DNA of 64,000 nucleotides, from the NCBI GenBank assembly GCA_963735915.1, contig CAVTMX010000030.1:187501-251500 (forward strand), given 5' to 3'. Position 1 is the stretch's first letter. Each line of letters begins with the position of its first letter. Positions 21,276 through 32,865 of this stretch are shown here, piece after piece. The notes under the pieces were generated by a model. The model did no database searches and was not told the origin of the DNA. It saw only the letters and a program-made list of their open reading frames with translations. A program made the translations under genes and the position numbers. Source of the DNA: an uncultured Acidobacteriaceae bacterium (GTDB lineage Bacteria > Acidobacteriota > Terriglobia > Terriglobales > Acidobacteriaceae).

Positions 21276-21511
21276 GACCAGCCTCCTCGAGTGGGCCAGG
21301 CCTGCCTCCCGAGCAGGAAGTACTGGTTCGGTCGCATCCATCACAGGGCCGGAGAGACACGCTCCGGCCGCAACGGCGAACGGCAGGTCTCGCCAACTTG
21401 GATGGTAGCCGCCGAGCACGGTTTTGTCTGTGATGTGGGGCACGTCACGCGGCCCAGGATGTTGGCTGACACGCGTCAGCTACCTACGCGCATTGGCGCA
21501 GTCAGGGAGCC

Positions 21512-22954
<1,443 letters not shown>

Positions 22955-23127
22955 GCTGTGCTTCTCGCGCTGGTTATTATGATTCCATGGACTCACGTTT
23001 TATTGGATGTCCCGCTTGCTGCCGTGATGGAGTAAATCACCCGCCGGACCGCACGTAACATGGAATTACGGTGCGCTTACGAACTAGTTCCCGCACTATT
23101 GGCCCGGAGCGAAGCCTGCGGCGTTAG

Positions 23128-25605
23128 TTATCGCGGAGTGTGCCACCGGAAGCCGATTCGCGCCAGAATCGGCTGGCCGAGGTTCGGCGTCGGCGTCTTC
23201 GCGATGAAGTACTGGTCGTTGGTCAGGTTCTCGCCCTGGAAGAAGACGTCGAAGCCCTTTGGCAGCGGCCGCGATACGGTCGCGCTCAACACAAATGCCG
23301 AGCCCAACGGGAACTGGTTCTGATCGTCATCGAACTCGTTGCTCTCCGTGCGGCCTTGAATGGCCACCGTGAACCGCTGCGGCGCCAGCCATGTGCCCTG
23401 GAAGGTGAAGATGCTGCGCGGTACCAGCGGGATCAGGTTGCCGACGAGTGCCGGATTCGCGGGGTAGGTCGCGACGGTCGACTCGGTGAACTGATACCCC
23501 GCGGCCAGGGTGATGCGGCTGGTGAAGCGGATATCGGTGCCAAGCTGAAAGCCGATTGAGTCGGTGCGCCCCAGGTTCTCGCGCACGCGGGTGATCAGGG
23601 TCGGGCTCGAGCTTATCGTGACATTCGCGACCGGATTCGTAACCACGCCGCCAAAGACGTTGCCATGAATGGACACGCGGTTGTTCAGCATGGTGGCGCG
23701 CGCGCCGGCCTCGCCTCCGCTGAAGCGCTCGGCGCGCAGGAATGCATTGGAGTTCGTCACTACGTTGCCCACTCGAAATGAGCGGTACAGTTCATTCAGT
23801 GTCGGCGCGCGGAAGGAGCGATAACCGGAGGCGTACAGCACGATGTGGTCGGTTGCTCGATACGAAGTGGTCACCCGCGGGTCGAAGGCGTTCTGCCCGC
23901 GCGCAGGATAGTGAGTCATGGTCTCCGCCCCGTGCACCGGGATGCGGATCGAGCTGCCGTCGTAGTTGCTCCACAAGTCTTCCCTGCCCGCCAGCGTCAC
24001 CGACCAGCGCGGCGTGATCTGGACGATCCCCTCCACAAAAGCCCCGAGCGCCTCCTGGGTGCCGCCGTTGGAGAGGTTGGCCGTGCGCGCGCCGCTGGAA
24101 GACGTAGTTTCCAGGCTCACCCCCTGCACATAGGTCCCGTCGAGCCCGGCAAGCAACGTCAGGCGCGAGAAAACTTGCTTCGACCACTGCCCGATCAGTC
24201 CCATGTGTTGCGCGGGCACGTACTGATTGTCGGTGAGCGATTCGCTGTCACGGTTTGCAGCGACGGAAGAGAACGTCTGGTGATAGTTCTGCGTGCCGCC
24301 GTACAGCCGCAGCGTGAACAGCCCGGCCTTCGCGGTGTCGTAGTCGGTGCCGAATGCCAGTTGACGGATGGTGGTGTCGTTGATTTGCAACGCGGTGCCG
24401 TTCTGCCGGTCTTCGCCATAGATTTCGCCGTCCAGAAACATGCGGCCGCGCTCGCCGAAGAGCCGCTCCAGGCGCAGGTTGCCGGTGCCGTATTGCAGGT
24501 TGGCGTCACGGTCGACGGTGCCGCGCAGGTCCTTAGGCACGGGAATGTATCCGTCGGTGCGAAAACCTTCGCCGCCCGCGGAGATGTCCCACTGGCCGAA
24601 GCGCAAGGCTCCCCAACCCGACCCGAAGGGGGAGTTTTCATTACCGTAGGAGCCCGTAACCTCGCCGGAGGTCTGGACGGCGCTGCGCGTCTCCAGGTTC
24701 ACGACTCCACCCAGTGCGTCATTGCCATATAGCGCTGAAACACCGCCGGGCACGATCTGCACCTCGTTCAGCGAGGCTTGCGGCACGCGCGCCCAGTAAA
24801 TCCAGCCGCCGAAGGGATCGTTGATGGGAATGCCGTCAACCAGCACCAGAGCGCGACTGGCGCCGCTGGCCCCCAAGCCGCGCAGCGAGACGCCCTGCGA
24901 TGTGGGATTCGCCGTCTGGCTGCCCGAGCGCCGCAACAGCGTAAAGCCGGGGACCTGGCGCAGCTTGTCATCCGTTGTCTGCGGCCCCCACTGCTCCAGT
25001 TGCGTGCTGCTGACGACAACCGCGTCGGGCTGGGACTCGACATTGTCCACGCCGGTGGGAAGGATGGACGTGCGCGTGGCCGTGACGTCCAAGCTCTGCT
25101 GCACGGTGGCGGCCGGGAGCGTGATCTTCAGCGCAGCTTCGCCTGCATGCCAGCCTGCGGTGGTGGTCGCAAAGCCAGGCGCGTTGACTTGAACCGTGCC
25201 GGAGGTCGCGTCGATGCCGCTGAACACGAATGTTCCATCCGGTTGCGTAGTAGCAACGAGGTTCAGTCCATTGACCTTCAGCACCACTCGCGCCCGCGCT
25301 ACGACGGCGCCGCTGCGGTCCTCGACCACTCCGCGGACCTCGCTCGCCGCTGCCGCCCAAAGCAGCGAACACAAGAGCAACGCCAACAGGGAGAGGCGCC
25401 AGACCAGCCACAAAATGGAACGCGCAACGCGGCACGCTGCGCGGCGTTGGGGCTCTGGTTGGAGGGCTGGCATGGGCACTGATTGTACCGCGACTGTCGG
25501 GTGCCCCGGGTCTCGCGGACTTCGAGACCCGGGCGGGTACAAGGGAACGCCCGGCCGCATCCAGCTCGGCAATTGACCGGGGCCAGTATTCATCTCATAA
25601 TCCAT
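23128..25605 (-). CDS. TonB-dependent receptor with N-terminal CarboxypepD_reg-like domain (intact)
   Basis: VRGVVEDRSGAVVARARVVL...DGTFVFSG; plug GVSLRGLGASGASRALVLVDGIPINDPFGGWIYW; long barrel. The true start is probably the Met at 25473. Confidence 0.8.
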   Translation of the reverse strand: MDYEMNTGPGQLPSWMRPGVPLYPPGSRSPRDPGHPTVAVQSVPMPALQPEPQRRAACRVARSILWLVWRLSLLALLLCSLLWAAAASEVRGVVEDRSGAVVARARVVLKVNGLNLVATTQPDGTFVFSGIDATSGTVQVNAPGFATTTAGWHAGEAALKITLPAATVQQSLDVTATRTSILPTGVDNVESQPDAVVVSSTQLEQWGPQTTDDKLRQVPGFTLLRRSGSQTANPTSQGVSLRGLGASGASRALVLVDGIPINDPFGGWIYWARVPQASLNEVQIVPGGVSALYGNDALGGVVNLETRSAVQTSGEVTGSYGNENSPFGSGWGALRFGQWDISAGGEGFRTDGYIPVPKDLRGTVDRDANLQYGTGNLRLERLFGERGRMFLDGEIYGEDRQNGTALQINDTTIRQLAFGTDYDTAKAGLFTLRLYGGTQNYHQTFSSVAANRDSESLTDNQYVPAQHMGLIGQWSKQVFSRLTLLAGLDGTYVQGVSLETTSSSGARTANLSNGGTQEALGAFVEGIVQITPRWSVTLAGREDLWSNYDGSSIRIPVHGAETMTHYPARGQNAFDPRVTTSYRATDHIVLYASGYRSFRAPTLNELYRSFRVGNVVTNSNAFLRAERFSGGEAGARATMLNNRVSIHGNVFGGVVTNPVANVTISSSPTLITRVRENLGRTDSIGFQLGTDIRFTSRITLAAGYQFTESTVATYPANPALVGNLIPLVPRSIFTFQGTWLAPQRFTVAIQGRTESNEFDDDQNQFPLGSAFVLSATVSRPLPKGFDVFFQGENLTNDQYFIAKTPTPNLGQPILARIGFRWHTPR
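25505..25533 (-). promoter_or_regulatory. 11-bp GC-rich hairpin in the probable 5' leader of the TonB-dependent receptor gene
   Basis: cccgggtctcg / cgagacccggg with a 7-nt loop, ~32 nt upstream of Met 25473. Confidence 0.25.
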
Positions 25606-25643
25606 GTGCCTGCGATTTTTCGCTACTCACAAGGTGCCTTGCT

Positions 25644-25883
25644 GTGAACGAGCAGAACCGGAGCGCTGGCCGTCCCTTCTCCACGGCCGGCCAGCGGCTC
25701 GACGACATACTGGGCGACGCCTCGGCGCGCATCGAGGAAGAGACGCAAGCGCTGATCGAGTACATCAACGACGAACTGGTCCCGGCCATCCGGCAGCACT
25801 CCAGCCACGCGCTGCGCATGGCCAGCGAGAAGCTGTCCCAGGCCGCCGAACACATGGACTCGAGCAAACAGAACAAGCGCTAG
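25644..25883 (+). CDS. Hypothetical small helical protein (79 aa)
   Basis: Intact GTG-initiated ORF in a spacer, ending 23 nt before rlpA. No recognised motif. Confidence 0.4.
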   Translation: MNEQNRSAGRPFSTAGQRLDDILGDASARIEEETQALIEYINDELVPAIRQHSSHALRMASEKLSQAAEHMDSSKQNKR

Positions 25884-25906
25884 TCCGGCTGGAGCCAAAG
25901 GTCCCC

Positions 25907-26641
25907 GTGTTGCGTCGTGCGTCGCACACTGCGCTGATTGCCATCATTGCGTCTGCGTTGCTGCTCTCCGGATGCGGCGGGCACAAGACCGCCCGCAGCC
26001 AGCGCGTGCCTCCTCCTCCGACCATAGCAACCGAACAGCCCGCACCCGAAAGCACCAATCCGCCAAGCGTTCCCGAACACCCCCGTAACGCCAAACCTAT
26101 CTACGTCGAAACCGGTCTGGCGAGTTGGTACGGGCCTCCGTATCACAACCGGCGAGGGGCTAACGGCGAGGTCTACAACCAGAACGCTATGACCGCAGCG
26201 CATCGCACGCTGCCGCTGAACTCGATGGTGCGCGTCACCAACATCAGCACGGGACACGCGGCGGTGGTACGCATCACCGACCGCGGGCCGTTCGTGGAAG
26301 ATCGCGTGATTGATCTCTCGCTGGCGGCCGCAAAGGCCGTCGACGTCTGGAGGCCGGGGACCGCCGAGGTGAAGGTGGAAGTATTGTCGGCGCCGGCGCC
26401 CATCGCCGACGGCGGCCGCTGGTGCGTGCAGATTGGCGCGTTCCACAGCGAACACGAGGCACGCAAGCTCAAAGAGAAGCTGGAGGACCGCTACCAGAAC
26501 GCCAACGTCATTCAGTTCACCGGCCCCACCGGGGAGTGGGTGCGCATCCGGCCGCTCGGCGACGACAAGCGCCAGGCCGAAGAGGTCGCGAGCAGGACCC
26601 ACGTCAAAGAGGGCGGAGTTTTTCTGGTGCGGCTCGATTGA
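25907..26641 (+). CDS. rlpA: Septal-ring lytic transglycosylase RlpA family lipoprotein with SPOR domain
   Basis: Lipobox LLLSGC; DPBB core GLASWYGPPYHNRRGANGEVYN...AAHRTLPLNSMVRVTN...VVRITDRGPF; SPOR WCVQIGAFHSEHEARKLKEKL. Confidence 0.85.
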   Translation: MLRRASHTALIAIIASALLLSGCGGHKTARSQRVPPPPTIATEQPAPESTNPPSVPEHPRNAKPIYVETGLASWYGPPYHNRRGANGEVYNQNAMTAAHRTLPLNSMVRVTNISTGHAAVVRITDRGPFVEDRVIDLSLAAAKAVDVWRPGTAEVKVEVLSAPAPIADGGRWCVQIGAFHSEHEARKLKEKLEDRYQNANVIQFTGPTGEWVRIRPLGDDKRQAEEVASRTHVKEGGVFLVRLD

Positions 26642-26644
26642 AGG

Positions 26645-26672
26645 CAGTTGTCAGTTGTCGGTTGTCAGTTGT
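26645..26672. repeat. Four tandem heptamers, CAGTTGT CAGTTGT CGGTTGT CAGTTGT
   Basis: Read directly; begins 4 nt after the rlpA stop. Confidence 0.8.
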
Positions 26673-26713
26673 AGGACCAGGTTAGCAAGGAATGCCCGCC
26701 CTTTCTCACTCGG

Positions 26714-26746
26714 TGTCATCCTGAGCGGAGCGAAGGACCTCTACCT
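26714..26746. repeat. GTCATCCYGAGCG box repeat
   Basis: tgtcatcctgagcggagcgaaggacctctacct. The core gtcatcctgagcg is identical to the reverse complement of 39973-39985. Confidence 0.5.
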
Positions 26747-26946
26747 TGCCATTGCCCTCTCTCTCGCCGCGTTTCGACTAGAGCCGAGCGGCAGCGGCTC
26801 CGCCCTCCCGCACAAATTCCAAAGCCGACTCGCTTGTCAAGGACATCGCCGGTTACGAAAGTATAAGAGCTTCCTGATTCGGACTTAGCCTTTCGTGTAG
26901 TCCGCCATCACAGACCCCAACCCGCCGCCTTTTTCAAGATAGAAGG

Positions 26947-29900
26947 GTGAACGGAGCCGGCGACCAATCCCCAATGCGAACCGTTCCCACCTTGGTTCGC
27001 GCCGAAGCTTATTGGCTGTTTGTCCTGCTCTCGACCTCCTGCCTCCTCTCCATTGCTCTCCTGCTCCCGCCGTGGGCGTGGGCACAAGACGGTTCGACTT
27101 CTTTGCAGGGGACGATTGAAGACGCGAGCGGCGCGCGGATTCCCGCGGCGGTTGTAGTGGTGACCGATCCGCTGCGAGGGCTCCGCTTCCAGGACAAGAC
27201 CGACGCACAGGGAAATTTTACCTTCGGCATGCTGCCGCCGGGACGCTACGATGTGAGCGCCTCCGCTCCAGGCATGGCCACTCGGACCAGCCATGGAGTC
27301 GATCTGCTGGTCGGCGGCACATCGTCTGTCCGATTGCGGCTCCCGCCGGTAGCGGTCGTGCAGACAGTCACGGTTACGGCAACTCCGACGCCGATAGAAA
27401 CTCAAACCGGTGACATCTCCAGTGTGGTGACCCAGCAGGCGATCGAAGGGCTGCCTTTGAACGGGCGCCGCTTTACCGATCTGGCGTTGCTCTCCCCGGA
27501 CGTGGTCCAGGACCCGCGCGGGCTCACTTCCGAATTCCAACGGCGACTTGTCGGTGGGAGGCGTACGCGGCTTTCAGAACAGCTTCCTGGTCGACGGGAC
27601 GGATGACAACAATTCGTTCTTCGCGCAGGCGCGCGGCCGTTATCGCGCGCCGTACCAGTTCAGCAACGAGGTGATCCAGGAGTTTCGCGTCTCGAAGAAC
27701 TCCTATAGCGCCGAACTGGGCCGTTCAGGCGGGGCGGTGTTCAACGTGGTGACCAAGTCCGGCACCAACCACTGGCACGGCAGTGGTTTCTATTTTTTGC
27801 GCGACCGCCAGTTTGACGCGCAGCAGCCGTATGCCGACAGCAAGCCTGACGATCGCCAGCAGCAGTTCGGCGGAACGATCGGCGGGCCGCTACGCAAAGA
27901 TCGCGTCTTCTTTTATGCCGGCTTCGATCAGCATCTGCTGACCGTGCCGTCGATCGTCCAGTTCGGCAACGGAGCCAGTACGGTGGTGCCCCAGCCCACC
28001 GATTACGACTACACCGACAGGCCGATGGTCTTCGCCGCGGCGCAGAAGCTGAACAGCATGGGCGGAGTCTATCCGACGACCATGCAGGGCAATGCCGGTT
28101 TCGCCAAGGTCGACTTCAACCTGATCGTCCAAGCAACTGGCATTCGTGCGGGTCAGCACGTCAATGCTGACGGGCACCAACAACGTCTTCTTCGACCCGT
28201 CCAGCCCGATTACCGGCTATGCGGCCAGCGCGAACGGTACCGAGGATGTCCAGACCGAGAGCGTCGCGGCGGCCCTGGTCAGCTCCTGGAGCCCGAACCT
28301 CGCCACCAATCTGCGGCTCGCAGTTCTCGCGCGATCTGCAGCAGTCGATCACCAACTCCGATGAGCCGTGGACCAAGATCTACGACCTGGTGGACGGCTT
28401 CGGCGGGTCCAGCATTCTGCCGCGCGAGACCAGCGAGCAGCAAACTGCACGTGGCCGATACCGTCAGCTACGAACATGGCCGCATGCACTGGAAGTTCGG
28501 CGGCGACTTCATCCAGGCGTGGATCTACAACTACTATCCGTATCTGTTCGGCGGCGAATATTACTTCGACAACGTGAAGGTGAACCCATGGACCTACGCT
28601 CCGGAGCATATGGCGAGCCGCTGACGCCGCTGCGCGCTTACGCGCACGGTGTCCCGCGCTACTACATGCAGGACTTTGGCAACGCGGTGTCGCATCCCGA
28701 CTCGCGCTTCTACTGCGGCTTTCGTGCAGAACACTTATCGCATGACGCGAGAACTTCACGCTGAACGCTGGGGCTGCGCTACGACCTGCAAACTTTCGAG
28801 CCCGGCCCGCTGATAAGCAATCCGCTGTACGCTCCCGTCGGGCAAGGTGCCGACTGACCTGAACAACTTTTCGCCGCGCTTGGGATTCGCCTACTCCCTG
28901 GGCGAGCAAGCATCCCGCTGGTGATCCGCGGCGGCGGCGGCATTGTTCTACATGCCCATCCCCGCGATGTACGCGTCGCAGGTGGCCAACCGACAACGGA
29001 ATCGACAATCGTCGCAGCTGTTTCTGGACATGATGAAGCCGGCGCAGGCGGCGCTGTTCCCGTCCTATCCCAAACGCGCTGGTGAATTGCCCCTCGGGAA
29101 CTACTGGTATGCAGGCCGCCTGCATCGGTGGCCAGCTTATCTGACGACCAACGATTTCGGCGTTCGCGCCCAACTTCCAGACGCCGTATACCGAGCAGGC
29201 CAACATCGACCGTGCAGCGGGAGTTTGGGCAACGCATCGTGGCCAGCGCCAGCTACGCCTACGTGCACGGCGTGCACGAGATCCGTTCGCTCGACGTGAA
29301 CCTTCCCAAGCCGACAATCATCGACTATCCCGTCTACAACGACACCGGCTCGGTGTTGCTCGGCATGTACTCCGGTGGCGTCGTTCTGCAACCTGGCAGA
29401 CCACGCCGTCCGTCACTTGTCCTTATCCGCCGTGCATCAATCCGCGTGCAGCGGCCGATCCGCAGCTGGGCACCATCAATTCCTTTCAGAGCGAGCCAGC
29501 AGCATGTACAGCGGCATGACCGTTTCCGTGAAGCGCCAGCTAAGCCACGGCATGTACTTCCAGGTCGGCTACACATTGGCGAAAGCGATGGATGACGGCC
29601 CGGACGCGCTAGTGGTCGGGCGTCCCGGCAATGTTCAGAACTCGTATGCAACCGCTGCGGAATGGGGACCCAGCGTCAACGATCAGCGAAATCGATTTGT
29701 CGCGGCATGCGGTGGCCGAGCCCAAGTTTCACTTCGAAACGGAGCGCTGAACCTAGCCAACAACTGGAAACTGTCCAGCGTCGTCACCTCCGGTTCGGGA
29801 CGGCCGATCAACGCAACAATTGCCGGGCGATCCCAACGGCGACGGCAACATCTACAACGATCGCCTGCCCGGGTACACCCGAAATGCATTCATCGGCCCC

Positions 29901-30186
29901 GATTACTTCAGCACCGACTTGCGTCTCACGCGCAGCATCCGCTGCGGCGAGCATGTCGTCTGGAACCTGATCGCCGAGTCCTTCAAGTATTCAATCGCAC
30001 CAACGCGCGGGTGCAGATCAGCGATGACGGCTACTACAACTCCGCCGGACAGTTCGTCGCCTACTCGACCACGGTCAAGGGCAAGCTCTATCCCGGGAGA
30101 ATTCCTGATGAACTCGCAGTTTCTTGACGCCCACCAATGCGTATGCACCGCGGCAGGTGCAATTCTCGGTAAGGCTTAGTTTTTAA
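26947..30186 (+). pseudogene. TonB-dependent receptor / CarboxypepD_reg-type outer-membrane protein, shattered by well over ten frameshifts
   Basis: SLQGTIEDASGARIPAAVVVVTD...GNFTFGMLPPGRYDV | GDLSVGGVRGFQNSFLVDGTDDNNSFF...VFNVVTKSGTNHWHGSGFYFLRD | ...KLHVADTVSYEHGRMHWKFGGDF | ...LRYDLQTFEPGP | LNNFSPRLGFAYSLG | ...SMYSGMTVSVKRQLSHGMYFQVGYTLAKAMDD | ...FSTDLRLTRSI | ...NAYAPRQVQFSVRLSF with stop 30184-30186. Confidence 0.75.
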
Positions 30187-30259
30187 GGGAGATAGTCGAA
30201 GCCCCAACTCTACTTTAGTGCCTGTAGGAGTAACCACAGGTGGTGACTCAAGTCTTCGC

Positions 30260-30289
30260 TTGACTTCCCCTGGTAACACTAGGGATAAC
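30260..30289 (+). promoter_or_regulatory. Weak candidate promoter of rpsU (TTGACT-N18-GATAAC)
   Basis: TTGACT at 30260-30265 and GATAAC at 30284-30289. Confidence 0.2.
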
Positions 30290-30330
30290 TACTAGTGTCC
30301 ATATGGGACGAGTCTGGGGGTGTTTCCTGT

Positions 30331-30528
30331 TTGGCGGAAGTTCGCATTCAAGAGGGCGAGTCGTTAGAGAACGCCCTGCGTCGCTTCAAGCGCAAAGTCC
30401 AGCAAGAGGACATCATTAAGGAAGTGAAGCGTCACTCCTTCTACCTCAAGCCGGGCGAAAAGAAGCGCGTGAAAGAAGCGCTGGCGCGCAAGCGCAGCCG
30501 CAAGAAGGCTCGTAAAGAGCAGGACTAA
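30331..30528 (+). CDS. rpsU: 30S ribosomal protein S21
   Basis: (L)AEVRIQEGESLENALRRFKRKVQQEDIIKEVKRHSFYLKPGEKKRVKEALARKRSRKK. TTG start at 30331. Confidence 0.9.
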   Translation: MAEVRIQEGESLENALRRFKRKVQQEDIIKEVKRHSFYLKPGEKKRVKEALARKRSRKKARKEQD

Positions 30529-30537
30529 TTCACAGCT

Positions 30538-30570
30538 GGGCCGCCGTTACAAGGGCGGCCCTTACTTTTT
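30538..30570 (+). terminator. Rho-independent terminator of rpsU
   Basis: GGGCCGCC-gttacaag-GGCGGCCC followed by TTACTTTTT, 10 nt after the stop. Confidence 0.7.
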
Positions 30571-30785
30571 CCATTCCTGAAGTGTGGGGTGTTCATGCAG
30601 GTCGTACCGCAGTCTTCAGTAGTAGACCATGCGCATTCAAGCATGGTGGGCCGAACCCAGGGGTGTGTACCTGAGCACTGGAATTTGTGATTGCCGTAGG
30701 AACGCTCAGTCCGGTTCTCGCTGTCAGTCGCAAGTTGACCCCGTCTATGTGCTTGGGAGTCACGGGCTGAAGGGAGCAACTCTCC

Positions 30786-31095
30786 ATGGAATTCCAGGAC
30801 AAGGTACTAAAGTGTATTGACTGCGGCGCTGACTTCGTCTTCACCGCCGGAGAACAACTGTTCTTCCACGACAAGCAGTTCAAGAACGAACCCAAACGCT
30901 GCAAAGCCTGCAAGGCAAAACGCGCTTCCACCTTGGGGCCTACCACTCCGGGAGACTATCCCAAGGTGGAAACCCGCACGAATTGTTCCGGCGTGTGGCA
31001 AGGAGACCACCGTCCCCTTCAAACCCACGCAAGGCCGGCCGGTCTTCTGCCGGGAGTGTTTCCAGCAGCGGCGAACCAGTGCTGCTACTGCCTGA
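30786..31095 (+). pseudogene. CxxC-x17-CxxC zinc-ribbon protein (two repeats); 1 frameshift (~30975) as assembled
   Basis: MEFQDKVLKCIDCGADFVFTAGEQLFFHDKQFKNEPKRCKACK... | ...NCS|ACGKETTVPFKPTQGRPVFCRECFQQRR. Confidence 0.6.
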
Positions 31096-31138
31096 CCAGC
31101 CGCATTTCAGTCATACTATAGCGCCCCCGCTCATAATC

Positions 31139-32128
31139 ATGGACGCAGAGGGACGTTGTGTCTCTGTCCATCTTTCTGACATCACCGCATCATGGTCTGA
31201 AAAGCAGATCTCGCTGTTGCAGAGAGGATTCTGCGCACTGACGCTGCTCATTGGAGTCGCAATTCCAATAGCCGCTGCTTCGAGCGCGCTGCGGATTTCC
31301 TGGCTGCCGCACACCATCGCCGTGGGGTCGCCCTGCCTCGTTCCGCGTGAGATGTCGACCAGCCCGGTTGCCAGCATGCGCGGCGAGTGGATGGGGCACG
31401 AGATCACGTTCTTCCCTTCCAGCGAGCGCCACGCCTGGTACGGACTGGCGGGCGTCGATGTTGAGGCCAAGCCCGGCAGCTACAAGCTCTCACTGGAAGC
31501 TACGCTGGCCGATGGCAGGGTCGTTCGCGATGAGCAGACCATCGTCGTGCAGAGCGGCCATTACAAAACCGAAAAGCTGACGGTGCCGGAGAAGTTCGTG
31601 CAGCCCGAGCCAGAGACGCTGCGTCGCATCGAGGCCGAGAAGAAGATCAAGGACGCGGCGTTTTCTCACGTAATTGCTCAGCCGGAATGGTCGGGCAATT
31701 TCGTTCCGCCGATTGACACGACTGTGTCGGAGGGTTTCGGCACGCGGCGGACCTTCAACGGCAAACTCGCCAGCGTTCATCGTGGTCTGGATTATCACGC
31801 CAAGCCCGGCTCACCGGTAACGGCTGCTAACTCGGGCGAAGTGGTGCTGGCGCGCGAACTGTTTTACGAAGGCAACTGCGTCATCGTCGATCACGGACAG
31901 CAGTTCTACACGCTGTACATGCATCTTTCGCATCTTGAAGTCAGCGAGGGCGAGAAAGTAGAAAAAGGGCAAGAGATTGGATTGTCGGGTGCGACCGGCC
32001 GCGCCACGGGACCTCATCTTCATACCGCGGTGCGCTGGCAGGGAGCGTATCTCGATCCCGCACAGTTATGGCTTCTGCCTTTGCCGCAGCTGCCGTCAAC
32101 CGGGCAGTCGCAGACCAACAGCAAATAG
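31139..32128 (+). CDS. M23 family metallopeptidase (LytM-type)
   Basis: HRGLDYHAKPGSPVTAANSGEVV, VIVDHGQQFYTLYMHLS, GATGRATGPHLH. Confidence 0.85.
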   Translation: MDAEGRCVSVHLSDITASWSEKQISLLQRGFCALTLLIGVAIPIAAASSALRISWLPHTIAVGSPCLVPREMSTSPVASMRGEWMGHEITFFPSSERHAWYGLAGVDVEAKPGSYKLSLEATLADGRVVRDEQTIVVQSGHYKTEKLTVPEKFVQPEPETLRRIEAEKKIKDAAFSHVIAQPEWSGNFVPPIDTTVSEGFGTRRTFNGKLASVHRGLDYHAKPGSPVTAANSGEVVLARELFYEGNCVIVDHGQQFYTLYMHLSHLEVSEGEKVEKGQEIGLSGATGRATGPHLHTAVRWQGAYLDPAQLWLLPLPQLPSTGQSQTNSK

Positions 32129-32227
32129 GAAACATCCAGGCGCCAAAAGCAAACGCGATGATCATTCAGAAATGACCACCGCGTAATCCATAGCTAACGT
32201 CTCGTTAAAGCCTTCTGTAGGTCGAAG

Positions 32228-32689
32228 CTACTCGGCTCTTTTAACCGATGCCTGCCGCTCAGTGCGGGCGCCCTCGGCGATTGCGGCTTTCCTCACGCCG
32301 TTCCTCTGCCCAAGCATCTTCTGATCCTGATGTGTAATCAGCAGCGCTTCCAGCTGCCGCAGCAGTTCCGGAGTATTGACTGGCTTCACCAGCAGAGATT
32401 GCGCTCCCTTGCTCTTCCATTCGTTGCCGAGCGACGGGTAGGCGGTGAGCAGAGCCGTTGCTGGATCGTACGGCTGCTGGCGGGCGGTGCGGATGACGTC
32501 ATAGCCCGACGTTTCGTTTTCCATCCGCATGTCGGTAATCACCATCTCGTAGACGCCATTCTTCAGCTTATTCTGCGCCTCTTTGGCGGAGGCCGCGGTG
32601 TCGACCTCGAAGCCATTCATTTCCAGAATTGCGCGCAGGGTGAGAAGAATTGCCAACTCGTCATCAACTAGCAGAATGCGACGTTTCAT
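32228..32689 (-). CDS. Stand-alone response-regulator receiver domain (CheY-like)
   Basis: MKRRILLVDDE...MVITDMRM...LLTAY...LVKP. No output domain. Confidence 0.85.
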   Translation of the reverse strand: MKRRILLVDDELAILLTLRAILEMNGFEVDTAASAKEAQNKLKNGVYEMVITDMRMENETSGYDVIRTARQQPYDPATALLTAYPSLGNEWKSKGAQSLLVKPVNTPELLRQLEALLITHQDQKMLGQRNGVRKAAIAEGARTERQASVKRAE

Positions 32690-32865
32690 GGGGAACTCCA
32701 TACCAGACGCTACCGCTAACGGCGGCTGATTAAGATGCGGCGATCGCTCTTACGGTTGCTGAACAGGTATCAATCGACTGATTTTGCCATCCGTTGACTG
32801 TGATCGTACACCCGTTTCGACGCCGCACGCAAAGCATCACCGATGACGCTCAGTATAATTAGCCT

